IMG/VR virus record: IMGVR_UViG_3300024520_000058
DNA length: 64,000 nucleotides
Direction: 5' to 3' (one strand)
Source of the DNA: an uncultured virus (IMG/VR IMGVR_UViG_3300024520_000058)
Taxonomy: Duplodnaviria > Heunggongvirae > Uroviricota > Caudoviricetes
Under the pieces are notes generated by a model, which was given only the letters and a program-made list of their open reading frames with translations, ran no database searches and was not told the DNA's origin. The position numbers and the translations under genes were made by a program. Shown piece by piece: positions 35,517-45,971 of the stretch; position 1 is the first letter of the stretch, and each line of letters opens with the position of its first letter.

Positions 35517-37952
35517 TCATTCTCCCTCGTAAGACAGCGCTATACTACGGATCCTGTCTCGTTTAGTAGAGGTCATCACCAGTTCTGCCTTAACGGATAC
35601 AGGACGCTTCATCCGCAGTCCAACTGTCTGCCCTCGGATATCCTCGTTCCCGGTGGGGGTCATAGTAGCTGAGAAGGTATCACCAGCGTGGCTGGTAACA
35701 GTGACTGCAATAGTAGGCATGGCAGATTCATCGTTATATTCACCCTGGAGCTCCAGCATATTGATCATGGCGTTCTTAGGTGCGCGGATGTGATGTGACT
35801 CTACAGTCCCTGCTATAGCAGCTCCGTTGTCCGTGTCTCCGTTGTTCAGCTGATGGATCCATCCATCACCTGAGTTGGCAGCCAGAATCTCTCTGAAGAC
35901 ATCCCCTGTGCTGTGTACCGCTATGTCATTGATTGCCGCCGGGTACTCATAGCTCTTCCAGGCTCTGTCAATGATCGTCCTGGTGGGGAAATCTCTTTCC
36001 AGGTCCAGGATCAGAATCAGATCCAGGGCTCCGTCATTGTCACTGTCAACCAGAAGCCAGATCTCCCTTCCATAGGTGACCAGCTTGCTTTCCAGGAGAT
36101 ACTGATTCTCAATGTCAGCTAGGATGTTGCCCTGTGTTTCTGAAAGCAGCTCAGGTTGGCTGCCTATACCAAAGAATCTATATAGACCTTCTCTACCAAG
36201 ATACAGGTTTGCTCCACCATAGGGTCGTGCAGCATCCGGAGCAAAGAGTCCAATGGTCTGATACGTGGGACGTATGGCTACTTCAGTAGGCGAGGGTGGA
36301 TTCAACGTGGAGTCCATACCCGAGACTATCCAGATCTGTTCGTTTCTAAAATATACCGCCAACTGATCGTTACCTAACTTCTTTGCATTGATGATACCGG
36401 CCGGAACTGGAAAGTCCAGAGTGTTATCCAATGGGAAGTAGTCGGGCGCCGACTCTCCTACCAGGCCGCTGGGATTATTTCGTTCGAAACGTTTTGTGAA
36501 ATAGAGCTTCTTCTCATTTTCTTCCCATGCCCAGATCCTGCCCTTCCATTCGATGAATCCTGCAGGGGTAAAGGCATCACGTTTGTTCTGGTTAGTGTCA
36601 TCTCCCTCATCATAGAGATAGTGGTCTTCTGAGTGCAGCCTAGCACCTACCCTGTGGTCAGGGATACCATCTTCATAGTAGCTGAGCCATCCATGCGTGT
36701 CTACAAGGAAGTACTGCCCTGTAATATTGGCTTCACTGACTGTGTTATCGGTACCTATGTCCCGCCGGTAGATTCTCATGGTACTCACCTGGGGATCCGA
36801 TGTAGAAGGACCACTGATTCTAACCCTGTTACCTGCAACCGTGGGTGATATACGAACACTACGCTCCGAGGGCCTGGACTCTGAGCCATAGGTGTTATTC
36901 ACGTAGGTTAGCTTATAGTCGTAGAAATGGCTGGGGTCTAACCCTCCAAGCCAGAAGGATAGCATCCTGGTGTCTGCCACCCATGAACCAGCGCCAGTGT
37001 ACCGTCGCGAAGCCCATCCTGCAGGTACCGGCGTCTCATGTCTGAACGCTACCATGTACCGATTGACTGCTGACGTATTGACGTAGTTTGCCAGGTATGT
37101 CTCATTAGGCTCCACAACAAACCAGTAATCTACACCGCTGGTCAGTACCGTTGTCTCTGGAAACTCAAAAGCCAGATACTGATAGGCATTGCCTTCCGTG
37201 ACCCAATCATCATACGTGGATAGCTCAATCCAGTCGCTTTGTGCGCCTGCACTCAATAAAGTGCCGGGATCACCTGCACTATCGTCAAATAGGCTCATCC
37301 GTATCATGCCTGTGCGGATGAGAGTTCCCCATGCAAAGTGAACATAGATTGCGTCAACATCTATGTTCCTGGTAGGAGTATAACGGACAGCGATCTTTGT
37401 TCGGGCAGCTCCGCCGCCAGAGTCTATGTGAAAGGGTACCGTTGGGGCATTGAGCCCATGCGTGGTACCCGCTACATATCCTACACTCGTTGTGTTGGTT
37501 GCGCCGGGGGGCTCATTAGGCTTTACAATCCCCAGGCGATAGCTGGGATTAACTCCACCTATGCTGGCATTGTCTGTCCAGTAAGCATCACTATCTGTAG
37601 CAAAGAATGCCCTGTTTCCAAAGCTCTCAATAGGGCGCTTGGCAGTAGCAGCTTCATTCACCAGGGTAACATGAGCTCCAGTTTCGTTGATGGCTTTCCA
37701 ACGACTACTGGAGATCCCCAGAAGGTTGAAGTTCTGAGACTGGTCCACAAATGCGAATAGCTGAGTGGCGGGGTCATCCAGCTCAGTAGTGTTCCAACGG
37801 TCATAGCCCTTCCGAATCTGCAGGTCGGCAGTCTCTCCTTCATAGTCCAGGTCGAAGTTCTTGAGAGTCCTGGCGCTGAGCAATGCATCCTCTCGGAGAG
37901 CTGCATCCCTTCTCTGACCCATTTTGAAATTGTCCTGATATAGCTTAGGCAT
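35517..37952 (-). CDS. tail nozzle/stabilisation protein (P22 gp10/T7 gp12-like)
   Basis: About 810-aa beta-rich protein with the N-terminal NFDL..LQIRKGY pattern and YDYKLTYVN..GSES.PS. Position after the adaptor gene. Confidence 0.65.
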   Translation of the reverse strand: MPKLYQDNFKMGQRRDAALREDALLSARTLKNFDLDYEGETADLQIRKGYDRWNTTELDDPATQLFAFVDQSQNFNLLGISSSRWKAINETGAHVTLVNEAATAKRPIESFGNRAFFATDSDAYWTDNASIGGVNPSYRLGIVKPNEPPGATNTTSVGYVAGTTHGLNAPTVPFHIDSGGGAARTKIAVRYTPTRNIDVDAIYVHFAWGTLIRTGMIRMSLFDDSAGDPGTLLSAGAQSDWIELSTYDDWVTEGNAYQYLAFEFPETTVLTSGVDYWFVVEPNETYLANYVNTSAVNRYMVAFRHETPVPAGWASRRYTGAGSWVADTRMLSFWLGGLDPSHFYDYKLTYVNNTYGSESRPSERSVRISPTVAGNRVRISGPSTSDPQVSTMRIYRRDIGTDNTVSEANITGQYFLVDTHGWLSYYEDGIPDHRVGARLHSEDHYLYDEGDDTNQNKRDAFTPAGFIEWKGRIWAWEENEKKLYFTKRFERNNPSGLVGESAPDYFPLDNTLDFPVPAGIINAKKLGNDQLAVYFRNEQIWIVSGMDSTLNPPSPTEVAIRPTYQTIGLFAPDAARPYGGANLYLGREGLYRFFGIGSQPELLSETQGNILADIENQYLLESKLVTYGREIWLLVDSDNDGALDLILILDLERDFPTRTIIDRAWKSYEYPAAINDIAVHSTGDVFREILAANSGDGWIHQLNNGDTDNGAAIAGTVESHHIRAPKNAMINMLELQGEYNDESAMPTIAVTVTSHAGDTFSATMTPTGNEDIRGQTVGLRMKRPVSVKAELVMTSTKRDRIRSIALSYEGE

Positions 37953-38020
37953 CAAATCACCCCGTTGTGGCCCTGGATCCCCCAGGCTCCAGAAGTCGAA
38001 AGGCATCTGTAAGGCATGAG

Positions 38021-38050
38021 CAGGGGAAGAGGACTACTCCCCTCCCCCTG
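38021..38050 (-). terminator. GC-rich hairpin (terminator-like)
   Basis: CAGGGGGAGGGG-AGTAGT-CCTCTTCCCCTG on the - strand, downstream of the 38071 stop. Confidence 0.5.
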
Positions 38051-38070
38051 AAATAAACCAAGCACGTGGT

Positions 38071-38370
38071 CTACTTGTCCGGATTGAGTGCAGGTGTTTT
38101 ATCGGGCAGATCTTGGACAGCCCCGAACCGGCTTCCCACCTGGTGTGTTGGAACCCCTGGCGATGCACGATCCCCTGGATTATAGGCAGGGGTCTTGTCG
38201 TTCTCCACTAGGTTACTCCCAAATCGAGAGCTCATGTGCTGAGGAACTCCGGAGCCTGGCTTGCCCTGTGGATCCATGGAGGACTTCTCCATCGTTCCAA
38301 GTTCCTGCTCTGTGAAGACCCTTTCGCCGCCCTTAAAAGTTTGTGGTCCTTGCGATCCTTTGCCTGGCAT
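38071..38370 (-). CDS. small disordered protein with a duplicated motif
   Basis: GVPxHxxSRFG...DKTPAxNP occurs twice. AGGAGG SD. Confidence 0.7.
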   Translation of the reverse strand: MPGKGSQGPQTFKGGERVFTEQELGTMEKSSMDPQGKPGSGVPQHMSSRFGSNLVENDKTPAYNPGDRASPGVPTHQVGSRFGAVQDLPDKTPALNPDK

Positions 38371-38401
38371 ATTTTATACCTCCTGTTCCAGGAACACCTG
38401 A

Positions 38402-39190
38402 TTAGTCCAGGAGTACCTGTGTCGTAGCGATTGAGAGCGTGTTGGCAACGGCCTCGCCATTTCTCAGACCAAAGGCCACGGCCATCTCTTCATCAGTGGG
38501 AAGTCCTGTTTCGATAGCGCACTTCCAGATGTTGTCCACAAAGTAATCAACTCTGGATTGGCCAGTCACTACAAAGGCCAACTCAACAGTGGCGCCATCA
38601 GTAATGGTCACACCAGTACTCTCGGTCTCAGCACTGGAATCCATGTTTGCTTCAGCGCTTACCAGACCACTGCCATCAGTCATAGTGAATCCAATGGAAT
38701 CCACTCGGTTATCAAAGAGGTCTCCTGAAGCAAGCTTGGAGCAAAGACCGACAAATACGTCTGCCTGATCAACGTCTCCTACCTGGACCTCAGTGATGAA
38801 CCATACATGCTTCCCGTCCACCAGAGCCGCCATTTCGCTCAGTGAGAAGTAGTAGTAGTAATTGTTGTCGCCTGCGGCATTCGTGCTTATGCCCCAGCCA
38901 CCACGCTCATCGGAGACAGCCAGCGGCGTGCCGCTCCCCGAATTACTTATATCCCATGTAACTGCCCCAACATCGTTCGACGTCAGCATGTAGAACCTGA
39001 GTGGTGGACGTCTCAATGGAGATGCTGGTTTGTGGATTGCGTCGTGCCACCAGGCCTTGGTGGTGTTCTTTTCGTTATTACGTAGCATACCGAACACGTC
39101 GTTGGAGTACTGGTATAGTCCCATCTGGTCCAAATACCATTGGCTTCTAGCACCCCTTCGACCCGACCTTGCCATAACGTCCTTTGACAT
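38402..39190 (-). CDS. virion structural protein (lectin-like beta sandwich)
   Basis: AAGGAGG SD before ATG 39190. Beta-rich, VDYFVDN..TGLPTDEEM pattern. Confidence 0.65.
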   Translation of the reverse strand: MSKDVMARSGRRGARSQWYLDQMGLYQYSNDVFGMLRNNEKNTTKAWWHDAIHKPASPLRRPPLRFYMLTSNDVGAVTWDISNSGSGTPLAVSDERGGWGISTNAAGDNNYYYYFSLSEMAALVDGKHVWFITEVQVGDVDQADVFVGLCSKLASGDLFDNRVDSIGFTMTDGSGLVSAEANMDSSAETESTGVTITDGATVELAFVVTGQSRVDYFVDNIWKCAIETGLPTDEEMAVAFGLRNGEAVANTLSIATTQVLLD

Positions 39191-39296
39191 CTGTGTTCCT
39201 CCTTGACTGCCAACAGGCCACAGCCTTCCACTGCATGTCCCGAATGTCAAGTGTGGCTACTGCAACTTCTTCAGTGCCCCCAGACATGCGCCGAGA

Positions 39297-40856
39297 TTAA
39301 CTGCCTAATTGACTTCTAACGTTCCAATTCATGCCGTTACGAGACTGGTATCTCCTGCCGCTACTTCCGCCTCCTCTCGTCTGATTCAGCCATGGAGACA
39401 TCACAGCATTTATCTTGGTTTTGTTGGCGTTCCCTCTATAGGAGCTCACAGTAACTTCATACTGTTGAGCCCAGGCAGACAATGCCCTTGGGTCGTATAG
39501 ACCTGTCAGTTCTGCTGCCATCCAATATGCTGCAGCATACAAGGGTCGTCTGTATTCCTCCGGGACCTCCAACTCTTCCCAATCGTATTGAGCCTCTAAC
39601 GGCCGCCTATTGCTCAGTATCAGGATACTACGCTTACCCAGGGCGTCAGTCGTAGTGGGAGTAGGACCTATGCTTATCACTCGCTCGATAGCAGGTCGTG
39701 TCTCCACCTGGTACTCGTCACAAGCACGAACCGTCACAGTTTGCCCTGCGGCAGGAACGCCACCGATCCACTTATCAACGTCCAGGTACCCGGATCCAAC
39801 GGTTTCCACCTTACCGTGGGAGCCACCGGAAGCAATGGCAATCTCACCCTCTGAGACACTGCTCAGGGACCCTGTGCCAGTCACCCGGGTATTTGTAAAC
39901 GTTGTGCCTATGAGTGTCGCCGTAGCGGTACCCACAGTGAATCGGTTATTAGCTCCACCACGCAGCCCACGATGCGGAGCGGCTGAACTCAGCCGGATCT
40001 TCTGAGCAACACCAATCTTATATACATCAGTTGCCACTATGGTGCTACCCTCTCCCCGCAAATCTTCATACGTAATAAAATTAGCTGCTACACCATCTTC
40101 TGCGACAAAGCCATAGGTGATAACAACGTCATCTGCATCCGTGATGCAAATGAGGTCGCCTTCATTGATGTTCAAAGACGTGAATGTCTTACTGCCATCA
40201 TGAAGCCGTGTTGCGCTGGTACTTGCCCCAGCTACGCCGCTTACCTTTGTGGTGATGATGTCCAACACCTCTACGATACCATAGCTTCCATAATCCGGAT
40301 CGACACCTACACTTCCATCCGCTATGTCGCTCCGGTTCCAGACTATATCTCCAGGAGAAATCCTCCTGCCTGTATAGGTCTTACCAAAATTGATAGCCGT
40401 ATCTACCACAGTTCGAATAGTAGCACTGGTAACCCAAGACTCAGGAACGTAGTCAACCTCTGGTGGCCCCTGAGCAAAGGGTTGTATCACCTGGCGTTGG
40501 TATTTCGGGAAGGCGTAATAAACAGGCTGTAAAGATTTATCCGTAGCCGGATTCCTACCCGCGACAAACTCATCTTGTGTTACCAGTCCCAGCGGCAACC
40601 TGTTGCCACTGGCATCGATGAAATAGACCTCACGAACGTCCAACCACTCAACCGGGACAGGGTACTCCCACTTATCAGCTTGCAGTTCCATCGTCTCAGC
40701 AATGGGGAATAGATTACAGTCGTGGACAACCAGCTCTTGAGCATCTCTCACTGCTTCTGTTAAAAGCGTGTCATCCAGGAGACCATCGGCTCTGGCCCTG
40801 GTCAGACCTCTGGCGCTCAGTATACGTTGCTTCAGCTGAAGCCTGGTGATTGACAT
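39297..40856 (-). CDS. head-tail adaptor protein with large beta-rich insertion
   Basis: Adaptor-like N-terminus (TRLQLKQRI..AVRDAQ..YPVPVEW) and C-terminus (IGPTP..VPEEY..LYAAAY) split by about 290 aa of Thr/Gly-rich sequence. Confidence 0.65.
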   Translation of the reverse strand: MSITRLQLKQRILSARGLTRARADGLLDDTLLTEAVRDAQELVVHDCNLFPIAETMELQADKWEYPVPVEWLDVREVYFIDASGNRLPLGLVTQDEFVAGRNPATDKSLQPVYYAFPKYQRQVIQPFAQGPPEVDYVPESWVTSATIRTVVDTAINFGKTYTGRRISPGDIVWNRSDIADGSVGVDPDYGSYGIVEVLDIITTKVSGVAGASTSATRLHDGSKTFTSLNINEGDLICITDADDVVITYGFVAEDGVAANFITYEDLRGEGSTIVATDVYKIGVAQKIRLSSAAPHRGLRGGANNRFTVGTATATLIGTTFTNTRVTGTGSLSSVSEGEIAIASGGSHGKVETVGSGYLDVDKWIGGVPAAGQTVTVRACDEYQVETRPAIERVISIGPTPTTTDALGKRSILILSNRRPLEAQYDWEELEVPEEYRRPLYAAAYWMAAELTGLYDPRALSAWAQQYEVTVSSYRGNANKTKINAVMSPWLNQTRGGGSSGRRYQSRNGMNWNVRSQLGS

Positions 40857-40994
40857 TGTAACCCCCTTATTCGTCAGTCTTGGAGTAGTCGTATGCATAC
40901 CCCGTATTATAGATTGCGCTGGATGGTTTCTCCTTCCAAGAAGCTATCCGAGAATATGCATTACTGCAACAGACGTGTATGAAATTCATGAGTA

Positions 40995-41558
40995 TCATCG
41001 TGGAAATCCCTCCTCAGCAATCCACAGGTCGCCAATTACTTCCTTGATAGTAACCAGTGGCTCCAGCTGCTCTTTCACACCTTCCCAGGCGAAGTCATGT
41101 CCGCAAAGGATCCCACCAGGAGCGATCTTGGGAGACCAGACCTGAACGTCGTGGCCAACCAGCCTGTGATCAGAGTCCACAATCACGGCATATACGCTGC
41201 CATCTGTAAAGAGCGTTGCAGCGTCATCGCAAAGCATCCTGAGATAACATTCTCCGGTAAGACCTGGCTCCCACCACAAGGGAAATCGGTTCCGCTCTTG
41301 CATATTCTCCATGAACTCCAGGAAGATGTCTACGGTCAAAACGTCGCTGTGCGAGGTATGCCGCAGGTCTGGCTGCCCCAGCCACGTGTCCACTGTGCAT
41401 ACGCTTTGCTCGTCGTGCATAGCGTGGTATAGACGGTCAGTAGTCCTGCCCCTCCATGCCCCCAGCTCCACGATTACTGCATCGTCCGGCGCGTCAACAA
41501 CCAGCTGGTAGAGATAATCAAGTTCCTCATCGCCCATCCAGCCCTGTATTTCATCCAT
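40995..41558 (-). CDS. SAM-dependent methyltransferase (Methyltransf_24-like)
   Basis: IQGWM..E, IVELGAWRGRTT, VDTW, VDSDH and PGGILCGHD motifs. Confidence 0.9.
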   Translation of the reverse strand: MDEIQGWMGDEELDYLYQLVVDAPDDAVIVELGAWRGRTTDRLYHAMHDEQSVCTVDTWLGQPDLRHTSHSDVLTVDIFLEFMENMQERNRFPLWWEPGLTGECYLRMLCDDAATLFTDGSVYAVIVDSDHRLVGHDVQVWSPKIAPGGILCGHDFAWEGVKEQLEPLVTIKEVIGDLWIAEEGFPR

Positions 41559-42411
41559 TTGCCTTTACCCTCATCTTTGTACTACAGTACTTGCATAGGG
41601 GAAGCTCATCTGACTCACCGCTGAGATGCTTCTCCTGATAGTAGCGACGCAGTTTATGTTCCAGGACCTGCTCCAAACTAATGGAGTTAAGGTTCCCGAA
41701 AGTTATGTCTCCATGTGCGTCTACACAACAGAGACAGACAGTGCCATCAAACATAACATCAACTTCATGTAATATTCTGAAGCAAGGTGGGGTCTCCATA
41801 GGGACGCCTTCTGCCTGCAAGGTCCTGTTGGTACGGAATCCATCGATGCTCCCTGCCCACTCCATGAAACGAGCAGTGCCGACACCCGCGAAACCCATGT
41901 CAGCCCACAGCTCCTTGAACCTCGCGTTGTGTTCAGGATACTTCTTCTCGTCTGCCAGGCTATAGATATTCACCTTGATCGGATTGTCTACCATGAAATT
42001 CCTTATACGCTCACTTACAGTATCAAAATCCAGCCCCATCATTGATTCGTAGGACTCTTTATCATAGCCATGAAAGCTTATGGTAAAGTCACAGTATATA
42101 TCCGCGTACTCTTTCAACCTTTCAGCTATCTTGGGTACCAACCCGGAGCCATTCGTGTAGATGGAAACTTTAGCTTCCTTCTCTCTCAAATAGTCCATCC
42201 ATTGAAACAGACGCGGAAATAATAACGGGTCTCCCAATCGGAAGAGCGTAAAAGCCCGACAGCCCAGCTTTACAGCCTGGTCAACGATACTGGTGAAGAG
42301 ACCATAGTCCATCATCCCGCTCCTGCTGATCTCGGAATGTGGACACATCCTACACCTGGCGTTACACAGCGTAGAGGACTCTATGTGAACGTATTGGAGT
42401 TCCTGGTCCAT
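41551..42411 (-). CDS. radical SAM protein with SPASM/twitch domain
   Basis: ESSTLCNARCRMCP, GDPLL, YTNG, and C-terminal PC..DGTVCLCC.D..GNL..CKYC. Confidence 0.92.
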   Translation of the reverse strand: MDQELQYVHIESSTLCNARCRMCPHSEISRSGMMDYGLFTSIVDQAVKLGCRAFTLFRLGDPLLFPRLFQWMDYLREKEAKVSIYTNGSGLVPKIAERLKEYADIYCDFTISFHGYDKESYESMMGLDFDTVSERIRNFMVDNPIKVNIYSLADEKKYPEHNARFKELWADMGFAGVGTARFMEWAGSIDGFRTNRTLQAEGVPMETPPCFRILHEVDVMFDGTVCLCCVDAHGDITFGNLNSISLEQVLEHKLRRYYQEKHLSGESDELPLCKYCSTKMRVKANG

Positions 42412-43399
42412 CCATCGTCTCCTGAAAAAATAGCGACACATCGCGAGGTATCCGGTCGCTGGACGGGACCTCTCGCGTATCCAGAACTGCAAATGCCTTT
42501 CGGTGGTCATTGAAGTAGGCGTTGTTTTTTAGACAAGACCCCCCTGTCCTCGCGTAGAATGGTATCCCTGCCATTTCACTGAACACGGAGGAATGGTATC
42601 TGTAGCTAACTACTCCCTGCAGCAAAGAATAAACTCCAAGCATCACGCGTGGACTGCCAGGATATGGCAAACACTTGTACCGCTTAAACAGCTCTGGAGC
42701 CAGGTCGCCCAGGGATGAATAGATTATCTCTCCCTTCGCTACTTCGTTTGCCAGATTGTCTATAAGATGCCTAACGTGCGGCAAGTGAAGTACATTGAAA
42801 TGGTTCAGCAAAGCTTTCGCTATGGCAACAGGTTCCTGGAAGTTAGCTATACCTCCTGCAGTAGCCAACCCGATTATAGGAAGGCTGTCTTCATACATTG
42901 GCATAATGGCCTGTGCTCCATCCATTTCTGGTATCATACGAAAGGCAAAGTCGTCAAACACCTGGGGCTCAAACCCCATCTTCCGAGCAATCGCTTGTGA
43001 CTCGCTGCTACGAACAGTGAATCGTTCGCATTTGCTGAACAACTCAGAGACACGATGATAGCATTCTCTTGGAACTGTTTCTAATCCAATACGTTCAACA
43101 GTCACAGTCACTCCCTGCTCAATAGCTCTGTCAGCAATAACACCCGCGCGGTCGCATATATGATCATCATAGAACAGTCCTCCTCCACCGATCACCAGTC
43201 TCTTGGCATCAGAGGCGAAGCCATTGGCAATAAGTTCCAGTTCCCCAATGGAATGCCGGTATGTTGGCTGCCGAACATACACCTGCACAACCTCATACTG
43301 CGGCAGGTATTGATCCAGGAGGCCCTCAAAGATGGCATCATCACCTAAGTTTCCTGTCCCATAGCATCCAAAAGCGTATAACAGACCTTTGCTACCCAT
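42362..43399 (-). CDS. polysaccharide pyruvyl transferase family protein
   Basis: GCYGTGNLGDDAI, IGGGGLF, TVRS..S and SYRYHS motifs. Confidence 0.88.
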   Translation of the reverse strand: MGSKGLLYAFGCYGTGNLGDDAIFEGLLDQYLPQYEVVQVYVRQPTYRHSIGELELIANGFASDAKRLVIGGGGLFYDDHICDRAGVIADRAIEQGVTVTVERIGLETVPRECYHRVSELFSKCERFTVRSSESQAIARKMGFEPQVFDDFAFRMIPEMDGAQAIMPMYEDSLPIIGLATAGGIANFQEPVAIAKALLNHFNVLHLPHVRHLIDNLANEVAKGEIIYSSLGDLAPELFKRYKCLPYPGSPRVMLGVYSLLQGVVSYRYHSSVFSEMAGIPFYARTGGSCLKNNAYFNDHRKAFAVLDTREVPSSDRIPRDVSLFFQETMDGPGTPIRSHRVLYAV

Positions 43400-43400
43400 T

Positions 43401-44150
43401 CTATACTCCTATCGTTACCGAATGCCCATGCTGCAGATAGCCATATTCCTGCATGATTTCACCAGCTTCACCCCATATTGTATCCAGGAAGCCTTGGCCT
43501 ACCAGGGGGTCTCGCTGCCACTTGAGACAATGAGCATTATATCGCTCAGCGCCAGAGGCAAAGACAACCTGCTGAAACCCGAATAGCTCTCTTACGTCGG
43601 GCTTGACCATATCACGGCTTCTTATAACTTTCGGTATTTTCTCCACAGGTACTACGTTAAGAAACTCCAGAATACCTTCCAAAGTCTCAATAGGTGAAAG
43701 GCATAGGCGCTCATACTGCACAATATGAGGGCCGTATTTCAGAAATGCGCTGAAGTAGTCTGTCCACATCCTGGCACTATTAGCGGTCAGTTCTCGGTTG
43801 GCGACAAGTTCCTCAACTGTCTCCACCTTACCCTCGACCTCCCGTTTATACATGTCCGACAGTATGCAATCCCGGGGGTCTCTCAGAAGCAGGATATAGG
43901 TGCCTTTGTCACCCAGAATCTTCCATCTGTCCAGGTGGGCCACAAACAGAAATACATCGGCAAGACCCACTCCGTGGTTAAGAGGCTCCACCCCCTGCAC
44001 AACCACGCGGCCGGTAGCCTTACTGATTAGCGCGGACAGATAGTTCCTGCCACTCCTGGGATATGAGGACATGACGTTGTGCTTGTTCACCACTGCCCAT
44101 TCAGTAAACCGGCGCTCTGCCTGCGTCCTTTCATACTCTGCTTTGTTCAT
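43401..44150 (-). CDS. PAPS-dependent sulfotransferase
   Basis: 5'-PSB loop SYPRSGRNYL, 3'-PB motif LLRDPRDCILS, VQYERL and KWQ. Confidence 0.88.
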   Translation of the reverse strand: MNKAEYERTQAERRFTEWAVVNKHNVMSSYPRSGRNYLSALISKATGRVVVQGVEPLNHGVGLADVFLFVAHLDRWKILGDKGTYILLLRDPRDCILSDMYKREVEGKVETVEELVANRELTANSARMWTDYFSAFLKYGPHIVQYERLCLSPIETLEGILEFLNVVPVEKIPKVIRSRDMVKPDVRELFGFQQVVFASGAERYNAHCLKWQRDPLVGQGFLDTIWGEAGEIMQEYGYLQHGHSVTIGV

Positions 44151-44751
44151 CGTTCCTCTCAAACATTGGCTGAAGATGGCTCTTCTGAATAACAGCTTCT
44201 ATACTCCATTCAGAAGGAGCGTCCTTCCCGCCCCGAATCTCGATCTCACCAGCTCTGTGTACTGGCATGTGGTCACAGCACTCGTTTATGTACCTGATGG
44301 AGCCGCCCGGCAACGTCCCTCGAAGCAGATGATAGAGAGATACCGTATCCGGCGGCTCCGCTTCGAAAGGCAGGAAGTAATGGAAATGACTGCCGTTGTA
44401 GATGGAAGGAAGCGTTAGCTGACGCTCGTAGTAGTCTCGATGCGGCACAAACAGGATCAGATGTCCACCATACTTCAGTATACGCCACCAATTCTGCAAT
44501 CCAGTATGCACGTCCTGGATATGCTCCAAGCAATGTGAGCTGTACACCCAATCATAGTTATTATCCTGAACGCCCTCCATGTGCGTTGCATCTCCGATAA
44601 TCGTAACACCTGGGAGGTCCTGCTTGTCAAAGCCATCTGCTTCAGGCAATATCTTCGCATTATGACATCCTATGTCTATGCCTTTGCCCTGGCAATACTT
44701 CTCAAAGAAGTAGGAGCGCTTACGTCTGGTAACCGCATTGCCTGTACCCAT
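44131..44751 (-). CDS. class I SAM-dependent methyltransferase
   Basis: GKGIDIGC, GDA, YDWVYSSHCLEH and WWRILKYGGHLILFVP motifs. Confidence 0.9.
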   Translation of the reverse strand: MGTGNAVTRRKRSYFFEKYCQGKGIDIGCHNAKILPEADGFDKQDLPGVTIIGDATHMEGVQDNNYDWVYSSHCLEHIQDVHTGLQNWWRILKYGGHLILFVPHRDYYERQLTLPSIYNGSHFHYFLPFEAEPPDTVSLYHLLRGTLPGGSIRYINECCDHMPVHRAGEIEIRGGKDAPSEWSIEAVIQKSHLQPMFERNDEQSRV

Positions 44752-45971
44752 TAGGAGCCCTCCACACGTGTGCGAAACTTCCGCAAGTACCTGTTCATCG
44801 TATTCCACATCCCCATGATCTCTGACCGGGGCAGCTCCGGAGTCTGGTATACAAAACCAGTCTCGTTGTTGCCGTGGATGTAGAAGTAATGGTCGAAGTC
44901 TTCATCCAGGATCAACACCTGTTCGTAGACAGGAGTACCTGGATAGGGTATCAGCGGATAGGCTCTTACGATATCCGGCTGTGCTTCCTCCAGGAAGCTT
45001 ATAGTCTCATAGAAGGTTTCCCAGGTCTCCCCCGGGTACCCGATCACCAACCAGGCCAGAACATCGATGCCCACTTCCTGAAGTTCCTTAATAGCACGAA
45101 GGTTCTGTTCCCTGCTTGTTCTTTTATTCATGGACGTCAACACTCTGTCCGACCCGCTCTCTATCCCGATACACGCGGTCTTACATCCGGTGGCAGCCAG
45201 GAGCTCAGGGAGGCCTTCTTTATAGTCAGCCCGGACGTTGCAGCTATACTGCAGATCCAGGTCCCTGTCCTTCAGGCACTGGAGCGAGAAAAGGTTCGAT
45301 GCAAAGAGATCATCTTTGAAACGGAAACTCACATCTCCATACCTCTTTCGAATGTCAAGGATCTCTCTTACCACAGCACCTGTACTCCGCCGCCTCATAA
45401 CGTGCCCACCAGGTAGCTTGCTACAGAACCCACATTGATATGGGCATCCCCTGCTGGTGAAGATCTGAAACGAAGGCTTGCCCTGATACCTGCGTGTGTA
45501 GCTTGATACGTCTACAAGGGAATAGTCTGGAGCGGGTATGAGGTTTATTGACATCTTATGGCCATGGATAATAGCTTCCCCCTGGCCCAGAGAGACCAGC
45601 TCCAACAGAGCCGACTCTCCTTCGCCAACTATTACATAGTCAAAGTCCATGGAAGTACTCATAGGCATTGCACTGGCATGGGGTCCTCCAGCTACTGTCT
45701 TCACATCCGGATGCAGCTCTTCCACCAGCTCCTTAATTCGAACCGTCCGGTTGTAGCTGGCTGTGTATGTAGAAAACCCATACCAGTCAGCTTCCGGAAA
45801 CTCCCAATCATCTTCTGGAATCCCGGAAAGATCCAGGATCTTCACTTCATACCCGGCCTGCTTCAGAACAGTTCCCAGGTATAATAGACCCATTGGGGGA
45901 TCTAACCTGTCATCCTGAAGCTCCGGCACCGGCGTCTTCACCAGACATATACTGGTCATTAGTTCGATCAT
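44751..45971 (-). CDS. B12-binding radical SAM protein (class B methyltransferase-like)
   Basis: PPMGLLYL, AGGPHAS and VGEGE (cobalamin-binding domain), TSRGCPYQCGFC, GIESGS, IGYPGET and PYPGT. Confidence 0.92.
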   Translation of the reverse strand: MIELMTSICLVKTPVPELQDDRLDPPMGLLYLGTVLKQAGYEVKILDLSGIPEDDWEFPEADWYGFSTYTASYNRTVRIKELVEELHPDVKTVAGGPHASAMPMSTSMDFDYVIVGEGESALLELVSLGQGEAIIHGHKMSINLIPAPDYSLVDVSSYTRRYQGKPSFQIFTSRGCPYQCGFCSKLPGGHVMRRRSTGAVVREILDIRKRYGDVSFRFKDDLFASNLFSLQCLKDRDLDLQYSCNVRADYKEGLPELLAATGCKTACIGIESGSDRVLTSMNKRTSREQNLRAIKELQEVGIDVLAWLVIGYPGETWETFYETISFLEEAQPDIVRAYPLIPYPGTPVYEQVLILDEDFDHYFYIHGNNETGFVYQTPELPRSEIMGMWNTMNRYLRKFRTRVEGS

